A stretch of 63,734 nt of DNA, filler included, from Octopus bimaculoides (GCF_001194135.2; 7 parts of 7 records of this genome joined end to end with filler, not necessarily neighbours in it), one strand, 5' to 3'; shown: positions 1-12,647, counted from the first letter of the whole stretch. Numbers and translations: made by a program. Notes: generated from the sequence alone by a model not told the origin.

Positions 1-1054
1 GTGTGTGTGTGTGTGCGTGTCTTCTATTTTTTAATTATTAAAAAACTTCTACTGAGGAAGGAGCCAGTTTCCAACAAAGATACAAGGCTCCATCTTTGGG
101 ATGTAGTTAACACAGACAAATTCACATTTGAAATTTGAGAAAAGGGTCGCATATTTTTACTGTTCCATTCACTGATTGCACTTGTATTTACGTCTTCTTA
201 AATAGCTTACTGGTGAAGTCGTTCTGTTTTCATTAGTGGTGATGTTAGTTTCAGCCATAATCGTGTTAGCGAGATTCCATGTGGTGTGGGTGCATATTTT
301 AAAATCTGTTCAGGATAACACTACGTCGCTGAGTAAAAGGTGTTTCTCTTATCAATTGTTGAAGAAATAAACCAGTTGCCGATTTAGGTGGAGAAATCGG
401 CATATTTCTAGAGGAAGGCATTCAAAACGGACTTTTTAAACGGTCCTCTACACCTTCATGTCCGATGCTGACGGCGTCGTTAGTATGCATGTATGCATGC
501 ATGTATGTAAGCATGTATGTATGTACGTACGCACGTATGTATGTGTGTGTGTATGTATATATGAATGTATGTATGTATCCGTGTGTATGTATTAAGGTTC
601 TGGACGGGCAGAAAGACGGTGTAATTACAATGCGCCGCTCGAGCTTGAATCCTAAGTAAGATCAAATCCTCCAGGTGTAGAAAATCCAGTTGTCACATGA
701 GTGGGTTTTGCTGAAGAGTAAAATATAATCCAAATACGAAGACGAAGAGAGAATATATCACCTCTTTAATAACTAGCTACAACTGTTTCTGTTCTAACTT
801 AGCCAATTCACGCTAAAGCTCCATGTGTAAGATTGCGTAATACATGCGATTTTAACGGATGTAAGAGTGCACCTATGATACATGAATGATTACGTTCTAC
901 ACTAACGTTTAAAACTACGGATATTACTTAACCTTTCAAAGAGAACTTGTGCGTGAAATGGCATTCAAAAAACAGAGTTGCAGCAAAAAAAAATTGTAAC
1001 TGCTCATGTAAGATGTCATAAACTCTTTCATTGACGCCTTATTTCGATTACGCA

Positions 1055-1098
<44 letters not shown>

Positions 1099-1290
1099 NN
1101 NNNNNNNNNNNNNNNNNNNNNNNNNNNNNNNNNNNNNNNNNNNNNNNNNNNNNNNNNNNNNNNNNNNNNNNNNNNNNNNNNNNNNNNNNNNNNNNNNNNN
1201 NNNNNNNNNNNNNNNNNNNNNNNNNNNNNNNNNNNNNNNNNNNNNNNNNNNNNNNNNNNNNNNNNNNNNNNNNNNNNNNNNNNNNNNNNN

Positions 1291-1345
<55 letters not shown>

Positions 1346-1589
1346 TATATATGTATGAATATTAGCTACTAGCGACGAATCAGACTTTGTATTAGTACAT
1401 CCAACCTAAACTAAATGTGCTACGACGAAATCACGCGACACAATTGTACCATCCACCAATGCTGAAGAAATTTTGCTTTTTAACATTTGTCGCCGAAACG
1501 AGATGATTTCTCGGGACGTTTACCAAGAAAACATCCAATTTAGGTAGGACGCGGTAATTTATAATATATATATATATATTGGTTATGTT

Positions 1590-1790
1590 TTTTTTTTTGT
1601 TTCAATCATTTGACTACACCCATACTGGGGCACCGCCTTGGAGGGGTTTAATCAAGCAAATCGAACACAGGGCTCGTTTTTCTAAGTCTAGTACTTATTC
1701 TACCGATCTCTTTTGCTGAACCCCTGGATTACGGGGACGTAAACACATCAACGCCGGTTGTCAAGCAGTGGTGGGAGAGAAACACAAATT
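1590..1790 (-). mobile_element. SINE family A, 3' half
   Basis: Matches the repeat seen about ten times in this window (GCACCGCCTT...AGTACTTATTCT...TTACGGGGACGTAAACAC...GGTTGTCAAGC). Confidence 0.8.
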
Positions 1791-1913
1791 CACACATACA
1801 TGCATACAAACATACATACATACATGCATGAATACACACACACACACACACACATGCACATATATATATATATATATATATATATACTATTAGATGGCAG
1901 GTTATATATATAT

Positions 1914-2187
1914 TCTTTTATTCTTTTATTTGTTTCAGTCCTTTGACTGCGGCCATGCTGGAGCACCGCCTTTAGTCAAAAAGCCGACCCCAGGACTTAT
2001 TCTTTATAAGCCTAGTATTTATTTTATATATGCACGAGGGGCTTCTTTCGATTTCCGTCTACCAAATCCACACACAAGGCTTTCGACGGCCTGTGACTAT
2101 AGTAGAAGACACTTGCTGAAAGTGTCACGCAATGGGACTGAACCCGGGACCATGTGGTCCGAAGCAAACTTCTTATCACACATATTC
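1914..2187 (-). mobile_element. SINE family A, internally deleted copy
   Basis: Tail (ATTCTTTT)n plus GCTGGAGCACCGCCTTTAGTC joined directly to the head part (AGTAGAAGACACTTG...GGGACTGAACCCGG); the middle present in full copies is missing. Confidence 0.85.
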
Positions 2188-2211
2188 GCCTGCGCCTACA
2201 CACACACACAA

Positions 2212-2243
<32 letters not shown>

Positions 2244-2385
2244 GTATGTATATACACAATACATATATGTGTGTGTATGTATGTATGTATATGTTATACC
2301 TTTCCATAACAACCAACTATAAAATCTAATTATCACCCCATTCAAACCCACACATTCAAATATGATTTTCACTCAACAGAGACTA

Positions 2386-2743
2386 TGCGGTGGTCCTAAA
2401 GTCTTGTTCCTCACCTACCGAAGAGTAATAATAACGGAAGAACAATATAATAATATGAAACACATGTACTGGTTTTAGTATATTTACTTTCATTGACACT
2501 GACACTATTATATATGGTGAAGATTTGTACGAACTCTATTGTTTTCGTGACACAAAATGATGAGGTGCCATGTCCTGTGTGATATTTTACGAGGCTGTGC
2601 TTTGGTATTGTTGCAAAGGCTGCCGAAACAGCATCCTTCAACTGTTGGGTATTCCGGCATCGCTCTTGTGAAACCCTCTCCTTGATAATAGAAAATTAAA
2701 ACAATACTTACAGGTGGTGACAAGGCTTTCAGACCACCCTGTG
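2386..2743 (-). mobile_element. Internally deleted Tc1/mariner element (MITE-like)
   Basis: Imperfect ~30-bp TIRs (CGGTGGTCCTAAAGTCTTGTTCCTCACCT versus the complement of AGGTGGTGACAAGGCTTTCAGACCACCCTG) with TA nearby at both ends. The interior encodes, with one frameshift, a transposase C-terminus-like KERV..ERCRNTQQLKDAVSAAFATIPKHSLVK/ISHRTWHLIILCHENN. Confidence 0.75.
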
Positions 2744-2924
2744 TATAAAGACAAGACTAACTTTAATGCATCGCAATCCGACGATGGCTTAGCTGGTCGA
2801 ATCCTGGAAGTCATTGTCATCAGCATTCTTGATTAAGAAAAATAATTTGTACGCTACAAAATTATTAATGCAAAATTACATCAGATTAATGTAAAAGTGT
2901 TTTTATTTTAACTAAGCATAAAAA

Positions 2925-3330
2925 CAAACAGTGGTGAGAAGATTGCTTCCCAACCACATGTTTCCGGGTTCAGTCCCACTGCGTTGCAACTTTGGCAAGT
3001 GTCTTCTACTGGAGCCATAGACCAACCAAAGCCTTATGAGTGGATTTGGTAGACGGAAACTGAAAAGGAGACTGTCGTATATATACATGTATATATTTAT
3101 GTGTATGTTCTCGTGTCTGTGTTTGTTCCCCCACCACCACCACTACCATCGCTTGACAACCGATGTTAGTGTGCTTACGTCACCGTAACCTAGCGGTTCG
3201 GCAATAACATACTTATAGAATAAGTACCAGGTTGACAAAAAATAAGTCCTGAAGTCAATTTCTTCAACTAAATAAAAAGGCGCTGCTCCAGCATGGCCGC
3301 AGTCTAATGACTGAAACAAGTAAAAGAGTG
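2925..3330 (+). mobile_element. SINE family A, near full length (tRNA-like head, CORE-like segment, internal microsatellite)
   Basis: Degenerate A/B-box-like head (GTGGTGAGAAG...CCGGGTTCAGTCCC), TTTGGCAAGTGTCTTCTAC segment resembling the CORE-SINE motif, and 3' GAAACAAGTAAAAGAGT tail. Confidence 0.85.
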
Positions 3331-3372
3331 TAGAAGAGTGTGTATATATGTGTGTGTGCATATATATATATA

Positions 3373-3410
<38 letters not shown>

Positions 3411-3791
3411 NNNNNNNNNNNNNNNNNNNNNNNNNNNNNNNNNNNNNNNNNNNNNNNNNNNNNNNNNNNNNNNNNNNNNNNNNNNNNNNNNNNNNNNNNN
3501 NNNNNNNNNNNNNNNNNNNNNNNNNNNNNNNNNNNNNNNNNNNNNNNNNNNNNNNNNNNNNNNNNNNNNNNNNNNNNNNNNNNNNNNNNNNNNNNNNNNN
3601 NNNNNNNNNNNNNNNNNNNNNNNNNNNNNNNNNNNNNNNNNNNNNNNNNNNNNNNNNNNNNNNNNNNNNNNNNNNNNNNNNNNNNNNNNNNNNNNNNNNN
3701 NNNNNNNNNNNNNNNNNNNNNNNNNNNNNNNNNNNNNNNNNNNNNNNNNNNNNNNNNNNNNNNNNNNNNNNNNNNNNNNNNNNNNNNNNNN

Positions 3792-3845
<54 letters not shown>

Positions 3846-5549
3846 TACATGTTCAGGCATATATGCGTGTGTATGTGTATGTGTGTATGCATGACAGAAA
3901 AAGATCAGACACATAAAAAATGTGTTATATAACTATTAATGGGAACTTTTATCATTGTTTATGATGACGTCTAAATAGAATTTCTTTTTTATTTCGTATT
4001 AAAGCCCTGTTTTGTTCCCTTAGACATTTATGGAGCTTTCTCTCACAGTTTAGCTGAGTTAACACCAACATTCCTCTATCCAATAGATATACAAAATTAC
4101 ATATCATTGTACGAAACAAGGTTCATATCATTATACCTTTTGATCGTAAGTTTTGTTGATAAAATAAGTGACCCAGAGATTTCATATTGTCACTAACTAG
4201 AATTTGTTGTGTAATGCAAACTGACAAATTTGTATTTTTCATGCATTATTTTATACTCACAGGAAATAAATCAAACCGAAAAGGCGATGAATTAAAAACA
4301 AAGCAAAGCAACTGAAATTCTTTCTTCAATTAAAAGAAAATCAAACTTAGAAAATGATACAGATGATAACCGAATTCATCGAGTTACTACTTTGCATATC
4401 TGAGATTTAAACATCATTGAAGTGGCTTAAAGAAGTTAATGATTCGATTCAGAAAACATGTTGATGAATATTTTAAGTTTACATACTAGATTGGAAAACA
4501 TTTTAGAATTATTCAAACTAATGCTTTAATACGGATTTCTCCTCTTCATTTTTCCATTGTGCTACACAATACTTGCCGAATTAAGATTCGTTTTCTGTAT
4601 TCCCTGTGTAAGGCTGATGTAATTGTGTTCAGTGATTGTGAATATATAGTGATAATCCTTATTAATATAATTAATTACTTGTAAATTCATTTAGAAAGCA
4701 TATTTTTAACATGCGTAAATCTGAATCTGACAGCCGAAATTCTCTGTTGAGTATTTCACTTTTTAGCCATATACTTATGATTGTGTAAATACATCCCTAA
4801 ACTCAAATTTCAATGGACCAAACTTCAGAAATTTTGTATTTTTCCGAAAAATTATCGTTCTGCTTTTGTGAATATTATTGATATTTCTGGTGCAAGTAGA
4901 AGCCTTTCGATTATAAAAAAAAAAAGAAAAACAGAATAGATTGTACAGTTTACGCAGCTTTTTCAAGAGCACCAGTGACTACAAATACAAACTGAAACCG
5001 GGGAATCAAGAGAAAATATTACGCTTAACTAAATATATAACAAACGAAGTGCGTATCTACAAGAAAAAGTCATTTCCAAAATTCTAAACAAACTTATCTG
5101 GAGACTATTTTTAAGCTTATACCTACATTTATTGATAGGTAGTTTTCATTTGCTATGATAAATTTCAAACCTTCTCGAAGACATTCCAAAAGAAAAACTG
5201 ACATATTGTATTTCACATTTTTTTCATCACACAGCTTTTGCTTTGTTGCATGTTACTTGAAATTAAATCATTATTTATCATGCAATACATATGCTCCTTC
5301 AGTTTGGTGGAATATGTTATTTTAGAAGAATACGTTTATCCTCCACTAGGATCTCCAGATTCAATAAAAGAAGTGCCAGGTTTGTATTTGTATCTGCACT
5401 CAATTTCTTTATTTCTGTAGATTAGTTTAAATATAAGAAACTTAACACAAGATTTTAATTCTCGAGAATTATATTATTTCATTCCCACACGAAAGAGTCC
5501 ATTTATATTTTCTTCTCTCTTAAAAAACTATAAATATTCGCGCACACGA

Positions 5550-5695
5550 AGACGGCGAGGTAGCAGAATCCTTAACATGCCAGACAAATACTTAGCGGCA
5601 TTTCATCTGTCTTCTGTTCTGAGTACAAATTTCACCGAGTCGACTGTGCCTTCCGTCCTTTCGGGGTCGATTAAATAAGTATCAGTTGCATTCCT
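5550..5695 (+). mobile_element. SINE family B
   Basis: ACGGCGAGGTAGCAGAATCC...TTCCGTCCTTTCGGGGTCGATTAAATAAGTATCAGTT, homologous to many other copies in the window. Confidence 0.8.
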
Positions 5696-6167
5696 CCACT
5701 GCTTCCACCGTAGCTATTTCTACCTTTTTAGTTGTTGATGTTACTATTGTTGTTGATGTCTCATCTTTGATAATACTGTTAATAATATTGAGGTAGTCGA
5801 TAATACTACTAAAATGTGTCAGTGTCACTGCTACAACTCCGTTGTTTGCATTGTTCTGCTCAGCAACAGTCTCTAAAAGTACTTATCTCTAATCAATATA
5901 TTCAAGACTACACATATTTCACGAAATACAGAATTCTTTCTAAATTACTTTCACTCTACATTTCTCGTATAGTGAATACTTCTATTCGACAGTGTTTACT
6001 TCTGGTATTATTGATAGACTGTTACCATTACGCACGCGTACGCGCGCGCACACACACACACACACATTTATACATACATATATATAGATAGGTACACACA
6101 TACATACATGTGTATGTATGTCTGTCTGTCTGTATGTATGTATGTATGTATGTATGTATGCATATAT

Positions 6168-6732
6168 CGTGGCACTCTGTCGGTTACAACGACGAGGGTT
6201 CCAGTTGATCTGATCAACGGAACAGCCTGCTCGTGAAATTAGCATGCAAGTGACTGAGTACTCCACAGATACGTGTACCCTTAACGTAGTTCTCGGGGAG
6301 ATTCAGCGCGACACACAGTGTGNNNNNNNNNNNNNNNNNNNNNNNNNNNNNNNNNNNNNNNNNNNNNNNNNCGTGGCACTCTGTCGGTTACAACGACGAG
6401 GGTTCCAGTTGATCTGATCAACGGAACAGCCTGCTCGTGAAATTAGCATGCAAGTGACTGAGTACTCCACAGATACGTGTACCCTTAACGTAGTTCTCGG
6501 GGAGATTCAGCGCGACACACAGTGTGACACGGCTGACCTTTTGAAATACAGGTATAACAGAAACAGGAAGAAAGAGTGAGAGAAAGTTGTGATGAAAGAA
6601 TGGTTCGCCACCACCCTTGCCTCGTGGAGCTTTAGCTGTTTTCGCTCAATAAATACTCACAACGCCTGGTCTGGGCGCGATCCTGCGACCGCGAGTCCGC
6701 TTGCCTTAACCACTGGGCCATTGCGCCTCCAC
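6168..6732 (-). mobile_element. SINE family C (tRNA-derived); 155 bp of the 3' part repeated across an N gap
   Basis: Reverse complement of the 27192-27570 copy, head GTGGAGGCGCAATGGCCCAGTGGTTAAGG. 6168-6322 is identical to 6372-6526. Confidence 0.9.
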
Positions 6733-6734
6733 TA

Positions 6735-7279
6735 ATATATATATTATTTAATAAACACAATATATGTATTTATGTACTACTATTAGTTTCATGTGCTGAG
6801 AACATATCCAATAGTGAATTTAATACGTCTAGTGTCCTAGCACAATCAACAGACACTGCCCGCAGAGGCATAACGAACTAAAAATGGAACAGGAGAATGA
6901 GAGAAAAAGCGAGAAAATGTGAGAAAGTTGTAGATATAAAAGATAAGCGGTTGAAAATCGGAAAACGAAAAAGAGAGCTGGTATTCTGTTTCGTTTTCCG
7001 GTTTTTCTGCCTTCCACCTTTTATATCTACTTCTTTCTCGCTTTTCTCGTATTTTCTCTCTTCCTATCGTCTCATTTTTAGTTCGTTATGCCACGTTGGC
7101 AGTATCTGATGATTGTGCTAGGACATCAGACGTATTAAGATCACTGTTTAGCATGCTTTCAGTACATGAAACTCATAGTAGCACATAAATACATATATTG
7201 TGTTTATCAAATAATATTTATCTCTCACTAGATGGAACACTCATTTCGTTGATCATACCATCACGATCAGTACATTATA
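6735..7279. mobile_element. Foldback (long inverted repeat) element, copy 1, unclassified
   Basis: Arms about 6735-6970 and 6989-7225 are reverse complements (e.g. TTAATACGTCTAGTGTCCTAGCACAATC / GATTGTGCTAGGACATCAGACGTATTAA) around an 18-nt spacer. The tail to 7279 is shared with copy 2. Confidence 0.85.
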
Positions 7280-7284
7280 AATAT

Positions 7285-7501
7285 AATTCTTTTATTCTTT
7301 TATTCTCTTATCTGTTTCAGTCATTTAACCTCAGCCATGCTGGAGCACCACCTTTAGTCAGGCAAATCCACCCCAGCACTTATTCTTTGTAAGCCTTGTA
7401 CTTATTTTATCGATCTCTTTTGCCGAACCGTTAAGTTACGGGGACGTAAACACACCAACATCGGTTGTCAAGCGATGCTGGAGGACAAAACACACACACA
7501 A

Positions 7502-7545
<44 letters not shown>

Positions 7546-7735
7546 ACAAACACACACACACATACACGTTTATATACATATACACGACGGGCTTCTTTCA
7601 GTTTCCGTGTGCCAAATCCACTCAAAAGGCTTTGGTTGACCGAGGCAATAGAAGACACTTGCCCAAGATGTCACGCAGTGGGACTGAACTCGGAACCATG
7701 TGGTTGGTAAGCAAGCTTCTTACCACACTGCAACT
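7285..7735 (-). mobile_element. SINE family A, near full length
   Basis: Complete tail-to-head match to the family; the head abuts the Tc1 insertion site. Confidence 0.9.
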
Positions 7736-7742
7736 CTATATA

Positions 7743-9152
7743 CAGGGGTGGGCAAAATAATGGAAGCACCTTAAAATTTCAAACAAATTTATTTTAATAC
7801 TGGGTATGACCGCCTTTAGCAGTAATTACAGCTTGAATTCTACGAACTATGCTCTTGTACAAAGCTTGAATTGTTTCGAAAGGAATTTTTGTCCATTCTT
7901 CAGCTAAAACGGTTTCCAGTCCTTGTAGTGATGATGGTGGAGGATATCGTTTCCTTACTTTTTCTAAAATGCACCATAAATGTTCAATAATATTGAAATC
8001 TGGGGACTGTGGTGGCCAGATAAGATGTTCAACTTCACTAGAATGTTTCTCGTGCCATTCACTAACAACTTTACCTGTATGAATTAATGCATTACCATCC
8101 TGTATAATTGCGTTCCCCTCCGGAAACAGTTCCGCAACCATAGGATGAATTTGATCAGATAAAATGCTTAAATAGCCTTGACTTAATTTTGCCATGAAGG
8201 GAAACCATTGGGCCTGCGGATTTCAAAGATATACCCCCCNNNNNNNNNNNNNNNNNNNNNNNNNNNNNNNNNNNNNNNNNNNNNNNNNNNNNNNNNNNNN
8301 NNNNNNNNNNNNNNNNNNNNNNNNNNNNNNNNNNNNNNNNNNNNNNNNNNNNNNNNNNNNNNNNNNNNNNNNNNNNNNNNNNNNNNNNNNNNGATCATCA
8401 CAGATCCTCCTCCATGTTTAACAGAGTTGGAAGTAGGCAGTCTCAGTCAAATACTTCTTTTGGCTATCTCCGCACGTATAGCCGGCCGGTGGTCGGAAAT
8501 AAGGTGAAGGATGACTCGTCCGAGAAAAAAAAACATTCTTCCACTGCTCTTGGGACCAATTCTGTAGGTTTTTACTCCACGCTAAACGCTTTGCAATGTT
8601 TGTTTTTCAAAGTAGTGGTTTTATGATTGCAGCCCTCCTGTGAAATACGACTTTGTGCAGCTCCCGGCAAGCAGGTTTTGTGCAAACTGGGTTCTCGAGG
8701 TGGATATTAAGCTCTGCAGTAATTTTGGGTGCCATACTTTTGTGATCCTTTCTAACAATTCGCGTAAAAGTCCGACGGTCCCTATCTGAAAGTGTTGGCT
8801 TTCTTCCAGAGTTTTGTTTCGACGAGAAGGTATTTCCCTCTTTCTCAAAGACTGTCATTACTTTCGAGACAGTACTTTTTGATACACCAAACATTTGAGC
8901 TATTTTTATGCGCTAGCATGCTATACGAGCATCAACAATTTGACCGCTTTGAAAGACCGATAGATCTGTCATTTTAATGAATTTTAATAACCTTCTTCTG
9001 ATAATATCTGAAAAGAAACATCAATTTTAGCAAAACATATGAAGCAACACTAATAATAAATAAAAAACATTAAAATAAACAAGGTTTTGACGGTTTTATA
9101 GATATTTCAAAACTATGATGCTAGGTGTTCCCATTATTTTGTTGAGCCCCTG
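7743..9152 (-). mobile_element. Tc1-like DNA transposon (IS630/Tc1/mariner, DD34E)
   Basis: TA at 7741-7742 and 9153-9154. Imperfect TIRs CAGGGGTGGGCAAAATAATGGAAGCACCT and CAGGGGCTCAACAAAATAATGGGAACACCT. Transposase relic inside; internal N gap 8240-8391. Confidence 0.95.
7794..8972 (-). pseudogene. Disrupted Tc1 transposase
   Basis: HTH-like FGVSKSTVSKVM, GRKP linker, catalytic segments SDESS, IQDGNALIH and WPPQSPDFNIIEHLW, C-terminal RRIQAVITAKGGHTQY. Broken by stops and frameshifts. Confidence 0.9.
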
Positions 9153-9164
9153 TATATAATTTTT

Positions 9165-9345
9165 TAAAAAAACGGAGAATAAGACAAGAAAAAAACAACG
9201 TGCGGAAGTGGTACACGCAAAGTATTAATAAGCTGCTCAGAGAAGGAGAGAAAGAGTGGTTGTTTTACGTTTCGAGCAAAGCTCTTCTTCGGAAACAGGA
9301 GACATAAGAAAGTCCAAAAGAAAAGGAAGAATGAGGTTTTAAAAA
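9165..9345 (-). mobile_element. Penelope-like element terminal fragment
   Basis: Contains GAAGAGC..GCTCGAAACGTAAAA, which recurs at 14036-14075 and 14628-14660; the PLE assignment is an inference from this terminal motif. Confidence 0.55.
9261..9297 (-). ncRNA. Minimal type-I hammerhead-ribozyme-like motif (variant core)
   Basis: UGUUU-CCGAAGA-A-GAGC-UUU-GCUC-GAA-ACGU-A-AAACA: 5-bp helix I, 4-bp helix II, palindromic ACGU helix III. Deviates from CUGANGA by U4->C and one extra A. Confidence 0.5.
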
Positions 9346-9523
9346 ATCGCCAACACTCCACATGTAGTTACATTTTGGAATGACCGAAAGTAGATGGACA
9401 AAGAGAAAGTACTTTCTGGGACAGGAGTGTGAAGAATTGTTGATTTCTGCGTGTATGTGTGTATGTGTGTGCGGTGGCATGTGTGTGTGATAGCGTGTGT
9501 GTGTATGGTAGCATGTAGCAGTA

Positions 9524-9555
<32 letters not shown>

Positions 9556-9712
9556 GATATGTACGTGTAGCGGTGGTGTGTGTGTGGATATGTACGTATA
9601 GTGGTGGTGTGTGTGTGATACCGTGTGTGTGTGTAATGTAACGTATGTGCGTGTGGCAGTAACTGAGTGCGTGTATTCGTGTGCGCGTGGTAGCGTGTGT
9701 GCGTGTAGTGGT

Positions 9713-9755
<43 letters not shown>

Positions 9756-11928
9756 TGATATTAACTGTTTACATGTGTTTATGTGAGCGAACTGTATATA
9801 TATGTCTGTTAATGTTGTAGTGAGACGTAGCAGCTATGGTAACAGGTGTATGTATGGGTGGCTGTGTGTTTCTGCACATGTGCGTAGATGGGATGGTCAG
9901 TAGTAGCCGGGGTAACAGAAGGGTGTAAGAGTAGCAGTCTGAAGGGCGTGTGAATGTGTGTGTCTGCGTGCGTGTTTGTGCGTGTGTTGTGTGTATGTGT
10001 GTTTATGTGCGTGTGTGTGTGTGTGTATTGGCACGTGTACGTAGACGGAGTGGGAAGAAGAGAGAGTGGAGATAGAGAGAAAGAAAGAAATTGAAAGAGC
10101 AGGATGAAGAGAAGTTAAGCCAGTTTCATAACAACGTACATAGTCACTCCAGAGATCGTTAAAGATTTTAAGCAATCAGTAGCTCAGATATTATATGCAC
10201 TGCTACAATTCATTGAGAAACATTCAAGTAGTATCGTATACCCTCATTCTCTGCAACATATGATATTACAAAGTTTAAAAAAGAAGTTTAAAAATGATAA
10301 TTTATATAATTTATCACATAAAAATATTAACGAATAAATTAGCCGATACATAAAAACCACATCATATTTCTTTAACAGATAATAAAAAAGTTTAAAAATG
10401 TAAATTAAAATTTCTTAAATATATGGCTTAAACTTCAGAAAACAATACTTGATAGGATTTTAGAGGGAAATGGTAATTTTTTCACCGAAAGACACTGAAG
10501 TATAAGATAAGAATTCCAACAAGCAAAAGCTCAAAAATAAATGTCAAGAAATAAAATACATGGCTGTTTTGTAGATACAAAGAATAATTACTTACGAAGT
10601 ATATTGCATTAAAACCTAATGTTCTAAAGATAAACTGTATGAATAACGAACCATAAACAATATGCAAAGACCTGTTAGAAAGGAAAAATAGCTAAATATG
10701 AAATTAAGAGAATAATGGTTATAATAATGATAATAATAATGGCAGTAATAACTATGATTGTACTGATGAGAAGGATGTAGTGCAAAAAGGTTGATGAAAA
10801 AGAATGTATAACATTAGGACAAGGTCATTCATTTTGATAGTGGTATACATTGATGTCGTTATATGACTGGTACCGTTTCTCAGCCCTAGTAAGATTAAAG
10901 ACAACGTTTCTGCGAGATTTAAATGAAAACATAGGGAACATAACCAAATACTGCGAGGAATTTGTCTTAGCCGCCCAATCAATTGTGGCCAATCAGTAGC
11001 CTCTTAATATAATTGATAACGATTTTTCGTTAGTGGGGAAGAGAGAAGTCGATTTTATGTGACTGGTTATTGATCTGGAAAGGATAAAAATCTTCGTCAA
11101 CCTTGGACACAAATCAAGGTGTAGTGTGGCTGTTGGTTAAGAAATTCATTTTCTTCGTGCTTTCGACTCAATCATACTACGTGGAATTTAGGACAACTGT
11201 TTTCTTTTATTATTTTCTGAACCTTTAAAGCTTTATGGGTAAAATTCGTGAGACAGCCTTCATTGGTTTCACACATGTCTTTACTCAAGCTTTAATCATC
11301 AACAACGTTTAAATGTATTTTAATCAATAATCACAGGAACCCCAATCATAAATATGGAAACAATATAAACTGTAATGATATAAGAAATTATCCTACGTTT
11401 TCTACATTACCTATGAACTTGTAATAGCGAAAGCACAGTTGTAATGTAACTAAGTAATCTTCAACTTGAAGCATACATGCACACACAGTCAGAACTTCAC
11501 ATATACACAAGAGGACAACGCTTCATGATGTTTGTTTAATAATCGTGTTGGGTTGTGTGATAGCATTTGTATAGATTCTTTCATGCATAACAAACACGGA
11601 CATTTTTGGCCCATGTATAGAGGACCAAATTATATTTTGTGTATATAAATTATTTAAAACCTGTCGATTTTCCCACAAATGTATATGCTGTAAGACAAAC
11701 CATGCTGTAGAATTCTGTTACACATTACCTTCATTTTAAACATAGTTAAGATATGGCATAAGCTTAATTAAATAAATTAGTATATTCACCTTATCTCACT
11801 TTATTTTATTCTTCTGTTTTAACTCATTATGCAACGATTAATTCTTATAGCGACCATTTATTATTTTTTCACTCTTTACCCAGCTTATAATTCATATATT
11901 ATTTCAGTTAAACACTATTTACTTTCTT

Positions 11929-12120
11929 TAAGGCGGTGAGCTGGCAGAATCATTAACTTGCCGGGCGAAATGCTTCCTGGCATTTCGTCCGTCTCTACGT
12001 TCTGAGTTCAAATTCCGGCTGTCTCGACTTATCCTTTCGGGGTTGATAGAATAAATACCAGCTGAATTCGATCTGATCGACTTATTCTTCCCTCGAAATT
12101 GCAGTCCTTGTACCAGAAAC
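11929..12120 (+). mobile_element. SINE family B
   Basis: AAGGCGGTGAGCTGGCAGAATC...TTCTGAGTTCAAATTCC...CCTTTCGGGGTTGATAGAATAAATACCAG. Confidence 0.85.
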
Positions 12121-12605
12121 CAATATACTTATACTTGAAACCAATACGCTTATTTTATTTTACTCTAACCCGTCATATCCCACTTTATTCTAGATAACTT
12201 AATATTTTGTTCTTTCCCAATGAACTTATACTTTCAAAATTATTTTTGTAGCTGGTACCATTATAACCCGTTGAAGCTAACTCCTGGTTCATTTACATCT
12301 TTGTCTAATTAGCCTTCCTCCTAAAACTCGGTATAGTTATTCTTTCCCCTCCACGCACTCACCATTCTGGAATCACTATGCTATTGTCTGAAGGCGCTAT
12401 CGTGTTTGCAACCCACAAGCGCTGCCCCGACCCTTGTGGCTATCTATTAATTCTAACTCATACTAGACTGTGCCACTACAATTGGGTTCTTGCCATTATG
12501 TATATGGTTTTCCTCATACCTTACCACTAAACCGCCCCATCCCCACTTCATTATCCCCTGGTCTTTCATGCATATGTGTGCATATACGTGTATATTATAT
12601 ATGTG

Positions 12606-12647
<42 letters not shown>

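Noticed and set aside
198-292. Minus-strand MAETNITTNENRTTSP with two N-glycosylation sequons and a GTAAGC donor (GPCR N-terminus-like)
   Set aside because: Too short, runs off the window edge and has no supporting exon; not distinguishable from chance.
2508-2723. GCCFGSLCNN motif resembling the Ly6/three-finger CCxxxxCN signature
   Set aside because: It is an alternative frame of the mariner transposase C-terminus inside TIRs, and no hydrophobic GPI tail or other Ly6 cysteines follow.
4024-5378. Plus-strand exon-like segments (4024-4145, acceptors at 4262 and 5234, donor at 5379)
   Set aside because: Several mutually exclusive joins are possible on both strands and none gives a recognisable protein; needs RNA-seq.
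6168-6526. Apparent tandem duplication of a SINE 3' part
   Set aside because: The two 155-bp copies are identical and separated only by 49 N, typical of unmerged overlapping contig ends.
10970-11000. Two close CCAAT boxes
   Set aside because: No TATA, initiator or CpG-rich context; 5-mers of this kind are expected by chance.
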